Virus record (IMG/VR): IMGVR_UViG_3300025617_001484
Span: 1 to 64,000 of that record
Reading direction: 5' to 3' (one strand)
DNA: 64,000 nt
From: a virus
The position numbers were made by a program, and so were the translations under genes. Under the pieces are notes generated by a model, which was given only the letters and a program-made list of their open reading frames with translations, was not told the origin of the DNA and did no database searches. Positions 10,277 to 20,089 of this stretch are shown here, in pieces; within the stretch, counting starts at the first letter, position 1; the number at the start of each line of letters is the position of its first letter.

Positions 10277-10294
10277 TTCTTAAAATTTGTTTTT

Positions 10295-10576
10295 TTATAT
10301 ATCTCCTGAGCTGATGTGTTTGTATATCCTAACCTTAAGTTCAGTAGTTCCCTTAATTAATCTGTGCCAAGATCTAGATTTTACAAAAATCAATCCCTCG
10401 CACTTTTTCGGAAATTCGTTGTCAAACTGATAGCTCCAATCGTTTTCATTAAGAAATTCAACGTCTCTATCCTCCCAATCTTGGTGCCATTTTAATTCAA
10501 GGTCTGATATATCAGGAGAGAATGTTCTTACTATTTCATTCTCGGAGATTAATTCCTCACTATATGGGTTTACCAC
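10295..10576 (-). CDS. Small cupin-like phage protein
   Basis: WHQDWEDR...WHRLIKG His pattern typical of cupin-fold proteins. Confidence 0.5.
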   Translation of the reverse strand: MVNPYSEELISENEIVRTFSPDISDLELKWHQDWEDRDVEFLNENDWSYQFDNEFPKKCEGLIFVKSRSWHRLIKGTTELKVRIYKHISSGDI

Positions 10577-11127
10577 GGGTTGCTAGATTTGAGTCCCAGT
10601 AGTTTATGGTACCTATGAACATTACAAGACCAGTATCTAGGTTTCCATTTAGGTCCTGGATCTGAACATCTGTGCCTGGCTCTGAAAGATTTAGAAGCCT
10701 TCTTGTCATCATTTTTTATCCTTTGTCCAGGTTGACCAAATCTTACCTTGACAACCTTACCGTCTCCATTCTTAGTGTAAACCGCAAATTTTCTAGATTC
10801 ACCGGTAGTTCTAAAAGGTTTATTCAATTTTACCTTTCTCCCTTGATATTCTTCCTCATTAATTTCAAAAGGAACATCCAGAATTACCTCTTCCTCCTTA
10901 TAAAGACCTCTAGAACCCGCTTCAGTACTTATGAGAAAAACGTCATCCATATCTAGGTCAATCTCCTCGTTTAACCAAAGAACCCTAGATTCGTTAATTA
11001 AATCCAACCAGGAGTCAGATTCTATTCTATAAACGCTCTCCATCAAAGAAAGACCCCCATCGATATGATACCTTAGAGATTCACTTATGTTATCTGATGT
11101 GAACGTGGTAAATTTTTTTAATTCCAT
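10570..11127 (-). CDS. Conserved phage hypothetical protein with a basic C-terminal domain
   Basis: Leader MELKKFTTF; C-terminal KVRFGQPG...SFRARHRC...YWSC motif of a type seen in aquatic phages. Confidence 0.65.
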   Translation of the reverse strand: MELKKFTTFTSDNISESLRYHIDGGLSLMESVYRIESDSWLDLINESRVLWLNEEIDLDMDDVFLISTEAGSRGLYKEEEVILDVPFEINEEEYQGRKVKLNKPFRTTGESRKFAVYTKNGDGKVVKVRFGQPGQRIKNDDKKASKSFRARHRCSDPGPKWKPRYWSCNVHRYHKLLGLKSSNPW

Positions 11128-11141
11128 AATCTATATATCGC

Positions 11142-12896
11142 CTAGGTATCGAATATAGAGGTATTTTGAGAGGATACCTCGTATACATTTTCATTGACTA
11201 TTAATATGTCTACAACGCCATCTATTAAATGTTTAAATGCTTCAACAGAAGTATTTATAATGGGTTCCCCGTGAACATTAAAAGAGGTATTCATAAGAAC
11301 AGGTATTCCGGTTATGTCGTTAAATTCCAGAAGTATCGGGAAAAAAGGTTTGTTATTTTCTTTGACAATCTGAATCCTCGAGGTGTTATCAAATTTATTA
11401 ATAACCCCAGGTATCTTGTGGACCCATTCGTCCTTTACATTATAACATATAGTCATGAATTGAGAAGCATACTTGGATTTATAGCAATGAAAGGGAATGT
11501 TCTCAAATCCATCCATCACAACAGGGGCAAAAGGCATAACCTCATTTCTGTTTAACCTTCTGTTTACATATTCCTGTGCATCATTCCTTCGCGGATCGAA
11601 TAATATCGAAGTCCCACCAAGAGCTCTTGGACCCCACTCCCTCCGATTTGAAAAAACACCAACAACCTTGCCCATTTCTAAAGATTTGGCAATGTATTCT
11701 GCTGAAAATTTGGAAATAGATAATTCACCAGGTACTTCAGAAACTTTTGTCTCATTACCCCAAAAAACATTGTCTATACTACAGACATCGAACTCTCCCA
11801 ATTCATTTGCCTTAGCTATTGCAGCACCAAGTGCAAGGCCACCGTCGGTCATACCAGGAGAGATAAAGATCTCATCGAATTCTGAAAGCTCGTTTATTTT
11901 TTGGTTAACCTTTACATTAGAAAATAAACCACCAGCAAGAGCTAATTTTTTTATGTGCGGATATTTTTTCTTGATATCCTGTATTGCATCCAAGAAGTAA
12001 TTTTCAGTAAGATATTGAAGCATATAGGAAGCATCCTTCCTAACATTTGAATCCTTTAAATCCAAAGAAGTAAAATAGGAGTAGCATGGTCCGTGATGTT
12101 TCCATTGTAGACTTCCATCATACTTAAAATAATCACCCAAGGAATCATACATTTCTTGGTTGAAAGATCCTTGTGCAGCTAAGCCTACGATCTTACCCTC
12201 GTCCTTACCACCAAACATCCCGCATAAATGACAAAATGAATTCCAGAAGGCAGCTATCGAATCAAAACCTCTTACCTCCTCCTTCATGGTAAGATTACCT
12301 TCGCTTCCAATATACAGAGAAGCCCTACAACTACTCTGGGTATGCTCTGGTTTATACCACCATGAATCCTCCCATATTTGCAACTGACATGGAAGATCTT
12401 CGGATTTTTTTGCTACTTTGGCTAATTCTATCCATTCCTCCTCAGGGACATCTGGTTCTCTCCTAGGTAAAGATTGACCTCTTATCTTTTGAAGTACACT
12501 AGCATCCAGCACACTGTCAGAAATACCATTGCCATCTCCACCATCGTAAGTCAAAACAAGAGTATCCTCACTGAATCCCGAAAGGTAATAAGCTGTACAT
12601 GCGTGTGAATAGTGATGTCCGTATAGGAAGATATCCTTTTTTTCCACTATTTTCTCCAGGTAATCCAAACCACATAGAACTGCTTTAGGCATAACTACTA
12701 TCACATCATCATCAAACGGGGATATTCCTACATCACCTAATGCTTTCAACGAGTAGTCAGGAAAAGCAAATTGGTTAAATACACCCTTAACTCTTTTAAA
12801 CCTTTCTTCCTCAAAAGCGTATTTAATGTTTCCATCCTCAATATAAGCTACACCACAATCGTGTGTAACTGCTGAAATAGACAGTATCTTTGCCAT
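11142..12896 (-). CDS. Carbamoyltransferase, NodU/CmcH/TobZ family
   Basis: Motifs HDCG, EEERF, HHYSHA, DGGDG, EGKIVGLAA, LAGGLFSNVKVN, DGGLALG, EWGPRALG, PFAP and NTSFNVHGEPI. Confidence 0.93.
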   Translation of the reverse strand: MAKILSISAVTHDCGVAYIEDGNIKYAFEEERFKRVKGVFNQFAFPDYSLKALGDVGISPFDDDVIVVMPKAVLCGLDYLEKIVEKKDIFLYGHHYSHACTAYYLSGFSEDTLVLTYDGGDGNGISDSVLDASVLQKIRGQSLPRREPDVPEEEWIELAKVAKKSEDLPCQLQIWEDSWWYKPEHTQSSCRASLYIGSEGNLTMKEEVRGFDSIAAFWNSFCHLCGMFGGKDEGKIVGLAAQGSFNQEMYDSLGDYFKYDGSLQWKHHGPCYSYFTSLDLKDSNVRKDASYMLQYLTENYFLDAIQDIKKKYPHIKKLALAGGLFSNVKVNQKINELSEFDEIFISPGMTDGGLALGAAIAKANELGEFDVCSIDNVFWGNETKVSEVPGELSISKFSAEYIAKSLEMGKVVGVFSNRREWGPRALGGTSILFDPRRNDAQEYVNRRLNRNEVMPFAPVVMDGFENIPFHCYKSKYASQFMTICYNVKDEWVHKIPGVINKFDNTSRIQIVKENNKPFFPILLEFNDITGIPVLMNTSFNVHGEPIINTSVEAFKHLIDGVVDILIVNENVYEVSSQNTSIFDT

Positions 12897-12913
12897 AGAA
12901 TTGCTATTAGACT

Positions 12914-14182
12914 TTACTTGGATTTTTTGCTTTTTAACATCTCTGCCTTCTGAGCAGCTGCTTTCCTGTAATGATCAAGATTTTTAAGTATTCTATTTCT
13001 TTCATTCTCTGGTAGTGTTGGAAAGAAATCCATCTTTATAATAGCCTCAGTTTTTTCAAAGGCAACCTCAGGATTTCCAGTGTGGAAGGCAGATAATGCA
13101 TATTCATCCAAAAGTCTCCATTGCCAAACTTCTGGTTCGACAAATAGAATATCAGATGTGCCTGGATTTTTTGTTGCCATATTACCATAAGTAAAAGAAA
13201 GAACCCATCTTCCCCTCTCCCTAAGTTTTCTCATTACGTGGAAAACTGCTTCGAGCCTTTCTGGTCTATATTCCCAAGCACGAGAGTAAGCTTGTATAAC
13301 TTCATCAGGATGTCTACCAAGTTGCTCCTTTATCTTCCCTATCATGTACATTGAATAATAAACCTCTTCTTCCCATCCACCAGCTTCTATTCTTCTCTCA
13401 TAAGCATCTATAGCCTTAAGCTTTTGCCCAGAGTCTCTGTAGCTTTGAGCTAGATAAAACATATATCTAGCATTTTCAGGCTCATCTTTTAGTGCTTTTT
13501 CCAGAATCTCCGCATCGTTTGCATATTTTTCCTCCAGACTATTGGCTCTTTTAAGAGGGCTGATATCTGCATCCACGTGACATCTATCCGATGGTATTTG
13601 ATACTGTATTAATTGTTCCTTACCAGGCAAATCCAAATATTCATGAAGTACCCCTTTATAAACCCAATCCTGATCTGACTTTACAATCTGAGCACGGTGA
13701 TATTGTAAATTATTTAACCTATAGAGGATTTGAAAACAGTCTACGTCTTTTGGCAAACTATGAAATGGGTTTACTCCATTATTAGGGGACTGGAAAGTAT
13801 CATCCGCATCGATTATCCATCTATAATCACACTTTCCCTTTGACAGTTCCAAACTTTCAGTACGGTTTACTTCAAAATTAACCCAAGGTCTTTCGTGAAC
13901 CTCTCCCTCAATACCTAGATCCTCCATAGTTGAATTGATCTCATCAATTGTATTGTCAGAAGAACCGGTGTCGACTATTACGTAGTATGAAATATATGGA
14001 GCAACCTGGGTCAAACACTTTCTTATGGTATCACCCTCGTCCTTTACTATCATCACCAAACATAAACTTATGCTTTGTTGGCTTTGATCAGAATTATTAA
14101 GATTCTGGGAATGTGTTAATTTTTTAGATGATGATTGCTTGGAAATCTTTGTTGATTTTTTCTTTTTGGTTTTAGATGCCAT
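12914..14182 (-). CDS. Glycosyltransferase family 2 with TPR repeats
   Basis: LCLVMIVKDE, VDTGSSDNT, DADD (DxD) and GVLHE, followed by TPR-like helices (FYLAQSYRD, AWEYRPERLE). Confidence 0.9.
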   Translation of the reverse strand: MASKTKKKKSTKISKQSSSKKLTHSQNLNNSDQSQQSISLCLVMIVKDEGDTIRKCLTQVAPYISYYVIVDTGSSDNTIDEINSTMEDLGIEGEVHERPWVNFEVNRTESLELSKGKCDYRWIIDADDTFQSPNNGVNPFHSLPKDVDCFQILYRLNNLQYHRAQIVKSDQDWVYKGVLHEYLDLPGKEQLIQYQIPSDRCHVDADISPLKRANSLEEKYANDAEILEKALKDEPENARYMFYLAQSYRDSGQKLKAIDAYERRIEAGGWEEEVYYSMYMIGKIKEQLGRHPDEVIQAYSRAWEYRPERLEAVFHVMRKLRERGRWVLSFTYGNMATKNPGTSDILFVEPEVWQWRLLDEYALSAFHTGNPEVAFEKTEAIIKMDFFPTLPENERNRILKNLDHYRKAAAQKAEMLKSKKSK

Positions 14183-14240
14183 AGAAACTTTAAATAATAT
14201 CGTTTCTATTTATATCCAAATAATTAGAAAAATTTCATCC

Positions 14241-14942
14241 TTATCCTCTATCTAATGAGGTAATTCTCTCAAGTATCAATTCGTCATTTAGAGTTAAAGT
14301 AAAATCGCCAACAGCTTTTATGTTTTTACCTTTCCTTTTAGAAACCAAATCTATTGTTACATATCCGGTTTCATCATCAGACAATTTTATAGCTCTTTCT
14401 TTCTCTTTTTCACAGATTGGATCTAACGAAGTTCTGCTCATACCAGTTCCGTTCCAGTAAACAAGGGTTAAGTTATCTATTTTCCCATCAAGAACTTTAA
14501 CTACCTGGTTTTCCCTTAGACATTCTATCTTTAAACTAGAACCAGATTTTCTAAACCTGGTGGAAAAAGTTAATAAAAAATATCCACGTCCATACAGGAG
14601 TCCAGGAATTGTGCTGTTTTTAGCGGAAAATAAAGGAAGAGATCCCTGGAATCTATGCCTCTTAAATCTAACCCCAAGCTCCATAAAAGATTTCTCTATT
14701 ATAGACATCAGATCATCAACATCCGTATCTGGGAGATCGAAAATAACATGTGGGTGTTTACCACCTATAACCTTGGGTATCTTTATATGTACGTCGGAAA
14801 AATATTTTAGATAATTTAAAATAACTTCCAGTATGGTATCAAGTTGATCCTTCTCAGAAAGACTTACTTTTTTATTGTGGTCTATCTCAGACTGAATCTG
14901 AGAAAGAAAATCCTCAATTACTTTTTCTTTATGAACGCTCAT
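14241..14942 (-). CDS. Hypothetical protein
   Basis: 233 aa ORF in the operon. Confidence 0.6.
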   Translation of the reverse strand: MSVHKEKVIEDFLSQIQSEIDHNKKVSLSEKDQLDTILEVILNYLKYFSDVHIKIPKVIGGKHPHVIFDLPDTDVDDLMSIIEKSFMELGVRFKRHRFQGSLPLFSAKNSTIPGLLYGRGYFLLTFSTRFRKSGSSLKIECLRENQVVKVLDGKIDNLTLVYWNGTGMSRTSLDPICEKEKERAIKLSDDETGYVTIDLVSKRKGKNIKAVGDFTLTLNDELILERITSLDRG

Positions 14943-15363
14943 CTTTATCTTTTATTCTTTTCCAGGAGTAGTCTGTATCTAGCTTAAAGTGGCCATAATA
15001 TGGTATTTTTCTTCCCCACTCCCGTGGTGATATTAAGCTTGAAAAAACTTCACCTTTAGAATTTTCATAGAGATATATCTCAGTTCCTATATGTGCTTCA
15101 AAGGACATGTTAGAATTCCAAACAAGCTCGTTATCCTCAAACTCCTTAAGTAGAGAAGAGATCTGTTCTTTGATCTCTTCAGCTCTTTTTCCAAATTTAT
15201 GATTTGAGTTGGCTGCTGCTCTTTGTTTAAATAGAGAAAGTCCAGATATATCTATTTTCGGAGAGGAAACTGAAGTAGCATATGGCTTAAGAAAAGCGTC
15301 ATATTTTCCACTTTCCTCATCATAAATAATACTATCAGGAAGTTTTTTCTTTTTTTCCTTCAT
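14929..15363 (-). CDS. DUF2452-like protein (Bacteroidota-type)
   Basis: PYATSVSSPKI and SFEAHIG.EIYLYE...SLISPREW pattern. Confidence 0.65.
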   Translation of the reverse strand: MKEKKKKLPDSIIYDEESGKYDAFLKPYATSVSSPKIDISGLSLFKQRAAANSNHKFGKRAEEIKEQISSLLKEFEDNELVWNSNMSFEAHIGTEIYLYENSKGEVFSSLISPREWGRKIPYYGHFKLDTDYSWKRIKDKDERS

Positions 15364-16003
15364 CCTTTGATTTGTATTGGAGACCTATCTTATTAAGGAG
15401 CTGTTTATAAACGGTTTCTATTTTCTTAGAAGCATCTATTTTTACGAGTTTTCTGCTTTTCTTGTATTTTTTAATAAGAGGGAGAGTCTTTTCCTTGTAT
15501 TCATTAAACCTTTTGGATATTACCTCAGTATCTTTATCATCATCACGGTTTTCCTTTTCAGATCTCTTGGAAATCCTTTCCTTGGCTTTATCTTCATCCA
15601 AGTCCAAGTAAATAACATGATTAAGTCCTACTCCCATTTTCCCAAGCAAAGAATCCAACATCTTGGATTGCTTAACATTTCTCGGAAATCCGTCAATAAT
15701 AATTCCTTTCTCAAGATCAGCTTTACCTAATGCTTTTCTTAACATCCTTACCATGACTCTATCTGGTATGAAGTCGCCTTTTTTTACAATCTTCTTAAGC
15801 TCCTCGTCTTCTGAATTACGTATAAGGTCCCCAGTAGAAATGTGTGTAAAGTCATTTTTGTCCACTAACCTCTTAGATATAGTTCCCTTACCAGAACCAG
15901 GAGGTCCCAGAATAACAAGGATTTCTCCCTGCTTATCTGGTATTTCCCTTTCGTTTATATCGTCTTTGTTTACAAAGCTCTCAAAATTTTTAACTTTATT
16001 CAT
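15335..16003 (-). CDS. adk: Adenylate kinase (short-LID type) with an N-terminal extension
   Basis: Motifs GPPGSGKGT, HISTGDLIR, DGFPRN and RDDD. Extra leader MNKVKNFESFVNKDDINE. Confidence 0.93.
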   Translation of the reverse strand: MNKVKNFESFVNKDDINEREIPDKQGEILVILGPPGSGKGTISKRLVDKNDFTHISTGDLIRNSEDEELKKIVKKGDFIPDRVMVRMLRKALGKADLEKGIIIDGFPRNVKQSKMLDSLLGKMGVGLNHVIYLDLDEDKAKERISKRSEKENRDDDKDTEVISKRFNEYKEKTLPLIKKYKKSRKLVKIDASKKIETVYKQLLNKIGLQYKSKDEGKKEKTS

Positions 16004-16021
16004 CTTAGTAATTAGATTGTT

Positions 16022-18502
16022 TTATGAACCACAAGCTAGACAATCATCCGGATTGTCAAGACTACAGGATAAATCATTCATAGTCTGATCTGCAAGTGCC
16101 TTTAGTTCTTCGCTTGCTGATTTAGTCTTCTCCTCAACAACCTCTGGTTTGGGATCTGGTTTTGGTTCCTCTTTCCTTACATCTTTATATTTACTTGTGT
16201 CTATACCAAGGCCTGAAAGTGCATCTACAGCAGCTTTTGTTCTTAAATAATACATGCCTGTTTTAAGACCAAGTTTCCATGAATGGAAGTGAGCAGCTGT
16301 TAATTTAGCTGCGTTTACACCCTCGATAAACAAGTTTAAAGATTGAGATTGGCAGATAAATTTACCTCTATCGGCTGACATCTCTATTAGATCTTTTTGC
16401 TTGAGTTCCCAAACAGTCTTATAGATTTCTTTGATGTCGTCTGGAATGTTTGGTATATGCTGAACAGATCCCTTGTGTATAATAATCATATTCTTCATAT
16501 CCTCGTCCCATAGGTCAAGAGCAATTAAATCTCTTACTAGGTGTTTATTAATGATTACATATTCACCACTAAGAGTTCTCCTAGTATAAATATTTGATGT
16601 AAAAGGCTCAAAAGCCTCGTTGTTACCCATTATTTGAGCAGTCGAAGCAGTCGGCATAGGTGCAAGAAGCAAAGAGTTTCTTACACCACTCTTCACGACT
16701 TCCTTCCTTAATTTTTTCCAGTCCCAACGCCCAGAAAGATCCTCGTCATTTACTTGCCATAGGTTATATTGGAATTTCCCTTCACTTAAAGGAGACCCTT
16801 CAAAGGTTTCATAAGCACCAAACTTTTTAGCTAAGTCTTTGGATGCTGTCATAGCAGCAAAGTAGATAGTTTCAAATATCTCTGAATTAACCCTTCTAGC
16901 CTCTTCAGATGTAAACGGTATTCCCATCGTAGCGAAAAGGTCTGCAAGTCCTTGTATTCCAATCCCAATGGGTCTGTGTTTCATATTAGACCTTTTTGTC
17001 TCTGGTGTAGGATAAAAGTTAACATCTATAACCTTATTTAAGTTAACTGCAGTTTGATAAGAAACATCATAAAGATAATCATGGTCAACATCGCATTTTC
17101 CTCTTAGTATCTTATTTGTTCTTGCATCTGTGGATTTCAGAAACTTGTTTACTGGTATAGACGCAAGATTACAAACTGCTTGTTCATCCTTGTCAGTGTA
17201 TTCTATAATCTCACAACAGAGGTTCGAAGATTTTATGGTACCAAGATTTTGTTGGTTTGATTTTCTGTTAGCAGAATCCTTATAAAGAATATACGGGGTT
17301 CCAGTTTCTATTTGAGATTCTATAATTTTAGACCATAATTCCCTTGCTTTTATGGTCTTCTTAGCTTTACCAGCTTCTTCTGCTGCTAGATATTTTTCGT
17401 TAAATTCTTGTCCATAGACCTCATGCAAATCCGGAACTTCCGAAGGAGAAAACAGCGACCAATTTTCGTTCTTCTCAACTCTTTCCATAAAAAGGTCAGA
17501 AACCCAAAGTGCCAAGAATAAATCTCTAGCTCTTCTTTCTTCCTTACCTGTATTTTTTCTCAAATCCAAGAAATCCTCAACGTCAGCGTGCCACGGTTCC
17601 AAGTAAATAGCAAAAGATCCCTTTCTCTTACCTCCACCCTGATCTACATATCTTGCCGTTTCGTTGAATACCTTAAGCATCGGAACAATACCATTGGACT
17701 TACCATTAGTTCCTCTGATGTAAGAACCAGTAGCTCTCACATTGTGTATAGCTAATCCTATTCCACCAGCATTTTGAGAAATCATAGCAACATCGGAAAG
17801 AGTCTTATAAATTCCAGGAATTGAATCCTCCTGTACTGTCAATAGAAAACAAGAAGAGAGCTGAGGTTTCTTTGTACCTGAATTAAACAGAGTTGGAGTT
17901 GCATGTGTCATCATATGAGTAGAGAGAAGCTCATATGTCTTCAGGACATTCTTAGTATCTTCGCCCCAAATTCCCACTGCAACACGCATGTACATATGCT
18001 GAGGGGTTTCTGCTGGGATACCATGCATCTTTAATAGATAACTCTTTTCCAAAGTTTTAAACCCAAAGTATTCAAATCCAAAATCCCTGTCGTGAATGAT
18101 AGCAGAATCAAACTTGTTCTTATTCTTCATTACTGCCTGATAGGTCTCTTCTCCGATTAAACCCGCTGCCTTTCCAGTTTCAGGGTCTATATAGGAATAA
18201 AGATCCTCGACAGTTTCTGAGAATTTTTTCTTCGTTGATTTATGAAGCCTTGATATTGCTATTCTTGCTGCTAAAATGGAATAGTCAGGATGGCTTGGTA
18301 TTAATGATGCTGCTGTTTCAGCAGTAAGATTGTCAAGCTCACCTGTTGATATACCGTCATAAATACCGGCAATCACCTTTTGTGAAATTCCCATCCAGTC
18401 AACAAAATCACTGTTTAGACCGTATGTCATCTTTTTTACACGGTTAGAAATCTTATCAAATCTAACAGCCTCTTTGGATCCGTCTCTCTTAGTTACGTAC
18501 AT
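16022..18502 (-). CDS. nrdA: Ribonucleotide reductase class Ia alpha subunit with ATP cone
   Basis: VTKRDG ATP cone, QLSSCFL, SNLCCEI, APMPTAST, KTGMYYLR and a C-terminal CxxC (CLACGS). Confidence 0.97.
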   Translation of the reverse strand: MYVTKRDGSKEAVRFDKISNRVKKMTYGLNSDFVDWMGISQKVIAGIYDGISTGELDNLTAETAASLIPSHPDYSILAARIAISRLHKSTKKKFSETVEDLYSYIDPETGKAAGLIGEETYQAVMKNKNKFDSAIIHDRDFGFEYFGFKTLEKSYLLKMHGIPAETPQHMYMRVAVGIWGEDTKNVLKTYELLSTHMMTHATPTLFNSGTKKPQLSSCFLLTVQEDSIPGIYKTLSDVAMISQNAGGIGLAIHNVRATGSYIRGTNGKSNGIVPMLKVFNETARYVDQGGGKRKGSFAIYLEPWHADVEDFLDLRKNTGKEERRARDLFLALWVSDLFMERVEKNENWSLFSPSEVPDLHEVYGQEFNEKYLAAEEAGKAKKTIKARELWSKIIESQIETGTPYILYKDSANRKSNQQNLGTIKSSNLCCEIIEYTDKDEQAVCNLASIPVNKFLKSTDARTNKILRGKCDVDHDYLYDVSYQTAVNLNKVIDVNFYPTPETKRSNMKHRPIGIGIQGLADLFATMGIPFTSEEARRVNSEIFETIYFAAMTASKDLAKKFGAYETFEGSPLSEGKFQYNLWQVNDEDLSGRWDWKKLRKEVVKSGVRNSLLLAPMPTASTAQIMGNNEAFEPFTSNIYTRRTLSGEYVIINKHLVRDLIALDLWDEDMKNMIIIHKGSVQHIPNIPDDIKEIYKTVWELKQKDLIEMSADRGKFICQSQSLNLFIEGVNAAKLTAAHFHSWKLGLKTGMYYLRTKAAVDALSGLGIDTSKYKDVRKEEPKPDPKPEVVEEKTKSASEELKALADQTMNDLSCSLDNPDDCLACGS

Positions 18503-18517
18503 GTTTTTATTTTATTT

Positions 18518-19501
18518 TTAAAAGTCTACGTCCATATCGAACGTATTTTCAGTAGAGTCCATAACTCCAGCTTTTTGGTATTCACCAACTCTCTTCTCGA
18601 AGAAGTTAGTTTTGCCCTGTAATGAAATGTTTGCCATGAAGTCAAATGGATTCTCCGAATTGAAGACCTTAGAACATCCAAGATCAACCAATAATCGGTC
18701 AGCGACAAATTCTAAATATTGCTTCATTAGATCTGCATTCATACCAATTAATTTAACTGGCAATGACTCTGTAATAAATTCCTTCTCAATTTCAAGAGCA
18801 CTTAGAATGATTTCCTTAATTCTTTCCTCTGAAACCTTATTAGCAAGATAATTATTGTGGAGCAAAACTGCAAAATCACAGTGCATTCCCTCGTCACGAG
18901 AAATGAGCTCGTTAGAGAAACTTAGACCAGGCATTAATCCGCGCTTTTTAAGCCAGAAGATAGAGCAGAATGAACCAGAAAAGAATATACCCTCTACTGC
19001 AGCAAAAGCTACAAGTCTTTCCTGGAAATGTTCTGATTCTACCCATTTAAGAGCCCAATCAGCTTTTTTCTTCACAGCAGGAATGGTTTCAATCGCATTG
19101 AATAATTTCTTTTTCTCTTGCTGATCTGTAATATAAGTATCAATAAGGAGTGAATACGTTTCAGAGTGTATATTCTCCATCATAATCTGGAAGCCATAGA
19201 AAAACTTTGCTTCCGAATATTGTACTTCTCTTACAAAATTTTCAGCCAAATTTTCGTTTACTATACCATCGGAAGCAGCAAAGAAAGCTAGTACATGCTT
19301 TACAAAATGTCTTTCGTTATCGTTAAGCTTGTTTCTCCAATCATCAATATCAGCAGAAAGATCAATTTCTTCAGCAGTCCAGATGCAAGCCTGCTGTTTT
19401 TTGTACATGTCCCATATTTCATGTTGTTCTATTGGAAAAATGACAAATCTGTTTGCATTTTCCTCCAATATCGGTTCCGGTAGCGAATAGTCCTCCTTCA
19501 T
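18518..19501 (-). CDS. nrdB: Ribonucleotide reductase class Ia beta subunit
   Basis: Motifs [37 protein letters not shown] and [10 protein letters not shown]. Confidence 0.97.
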   Translation of the reverse strand: MKEDYSLPEPILEENANRFVIFPIEQHEIWDMYKKQQACIWTAEEIDLSADIDDWRNKLNDNERHFVKHVLAFFAASDGIVNENLAENFVREVQYSEAKFFYGFQIMMENIHSETYSLLIDTYITDQQEKKKLFNAIETIPAVKKKADWALKWVESEHFQERLVAFAAVEGIFFSGSFCSIFWLKKRGLMPGLSFSNELISRDEGMHCDFAVLLHNNYLANKVSEERIKEIILSALEIEKEFITESLPVKLIGMNADLMKQYLEFVADRLLVDLGCSKVFNSENPFDFMANISLQGKTNFFEKRVGEYQKAGVMDSTENTFDMDVDF

Positions 19502-19526
19502 AATTTAATACTTTGTTTTTTTTAGT

Positions 19527-19994
19527 TTAATAATTATTTGCCTGTCTTCGGCGGTTTTCCTCGTTCTTACTCATGTACATATTGTACATCTCTTGGGCTG
19601 TCATCCCAATCGAGGCTGCATAATTCATAAAGAAATGTAGCATGTCAACTATCTCAAATTTGCATTCTACCTTATCAGATTCTGAAAGTTCTGAAAACTT
19701 CAGATCCGAATAAGTTGAATATGCAGATTTCCATTTTTTCCAAATGGCGTTTCCACCACCATCTTTGATTCCACCAAGAGCATCCGTTGCCTCGTGTATT
19801 TCATCAATGAGAGCGTGATTGTTCATGTGCCAGAATTCCATGAGTTCCCTCAAAGACATTTCTTTGAAGTTGTATCCATAAACATTCTCCTGAGTTTCTG
19901 CTTGTAGATTTAAAATGTCACCTAGAGTATCTTTCGATTCGGGATAAAGATTTTTGATCTGTAGGTCTGAGCATTGGTTATCTGTGTTTGCCAT
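19527..19994 (-). CDS. gp56: dCTP/dUTP pyrophosphatase, T4 gp56-like (all-alpha NTP-PPase)
   Basis: IDEIHE...AIWKKWK...KFEIVDMLHFFMN...KNEENRRRQANNY matches the T4 gp56 pattern. Confidence 0.85.
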   Translation of the reverse strand: MANTDNQCSDLQIKNLYPESKDTLGDILNLQAETQENVYGYNFKEMSLRELMEFWHMNNHALIDEIHEATDALGGIKDGGGNAIWKKWKSAYSTYSDLKFSELSESDKVECKFEIVDMLHFFMNYAASIGMTAQEMYNMYMSKNEENRRRQANNY

Positions 19995-20089
19995 ATTTAT
20001 TATTTACAATAAGTTTTTTAATCCTTTCCCGTATCTAGGTTTTCTATATATCAAGTGGGTCCCTAGAGTGCGGTAATTTTGGAAAAGTT

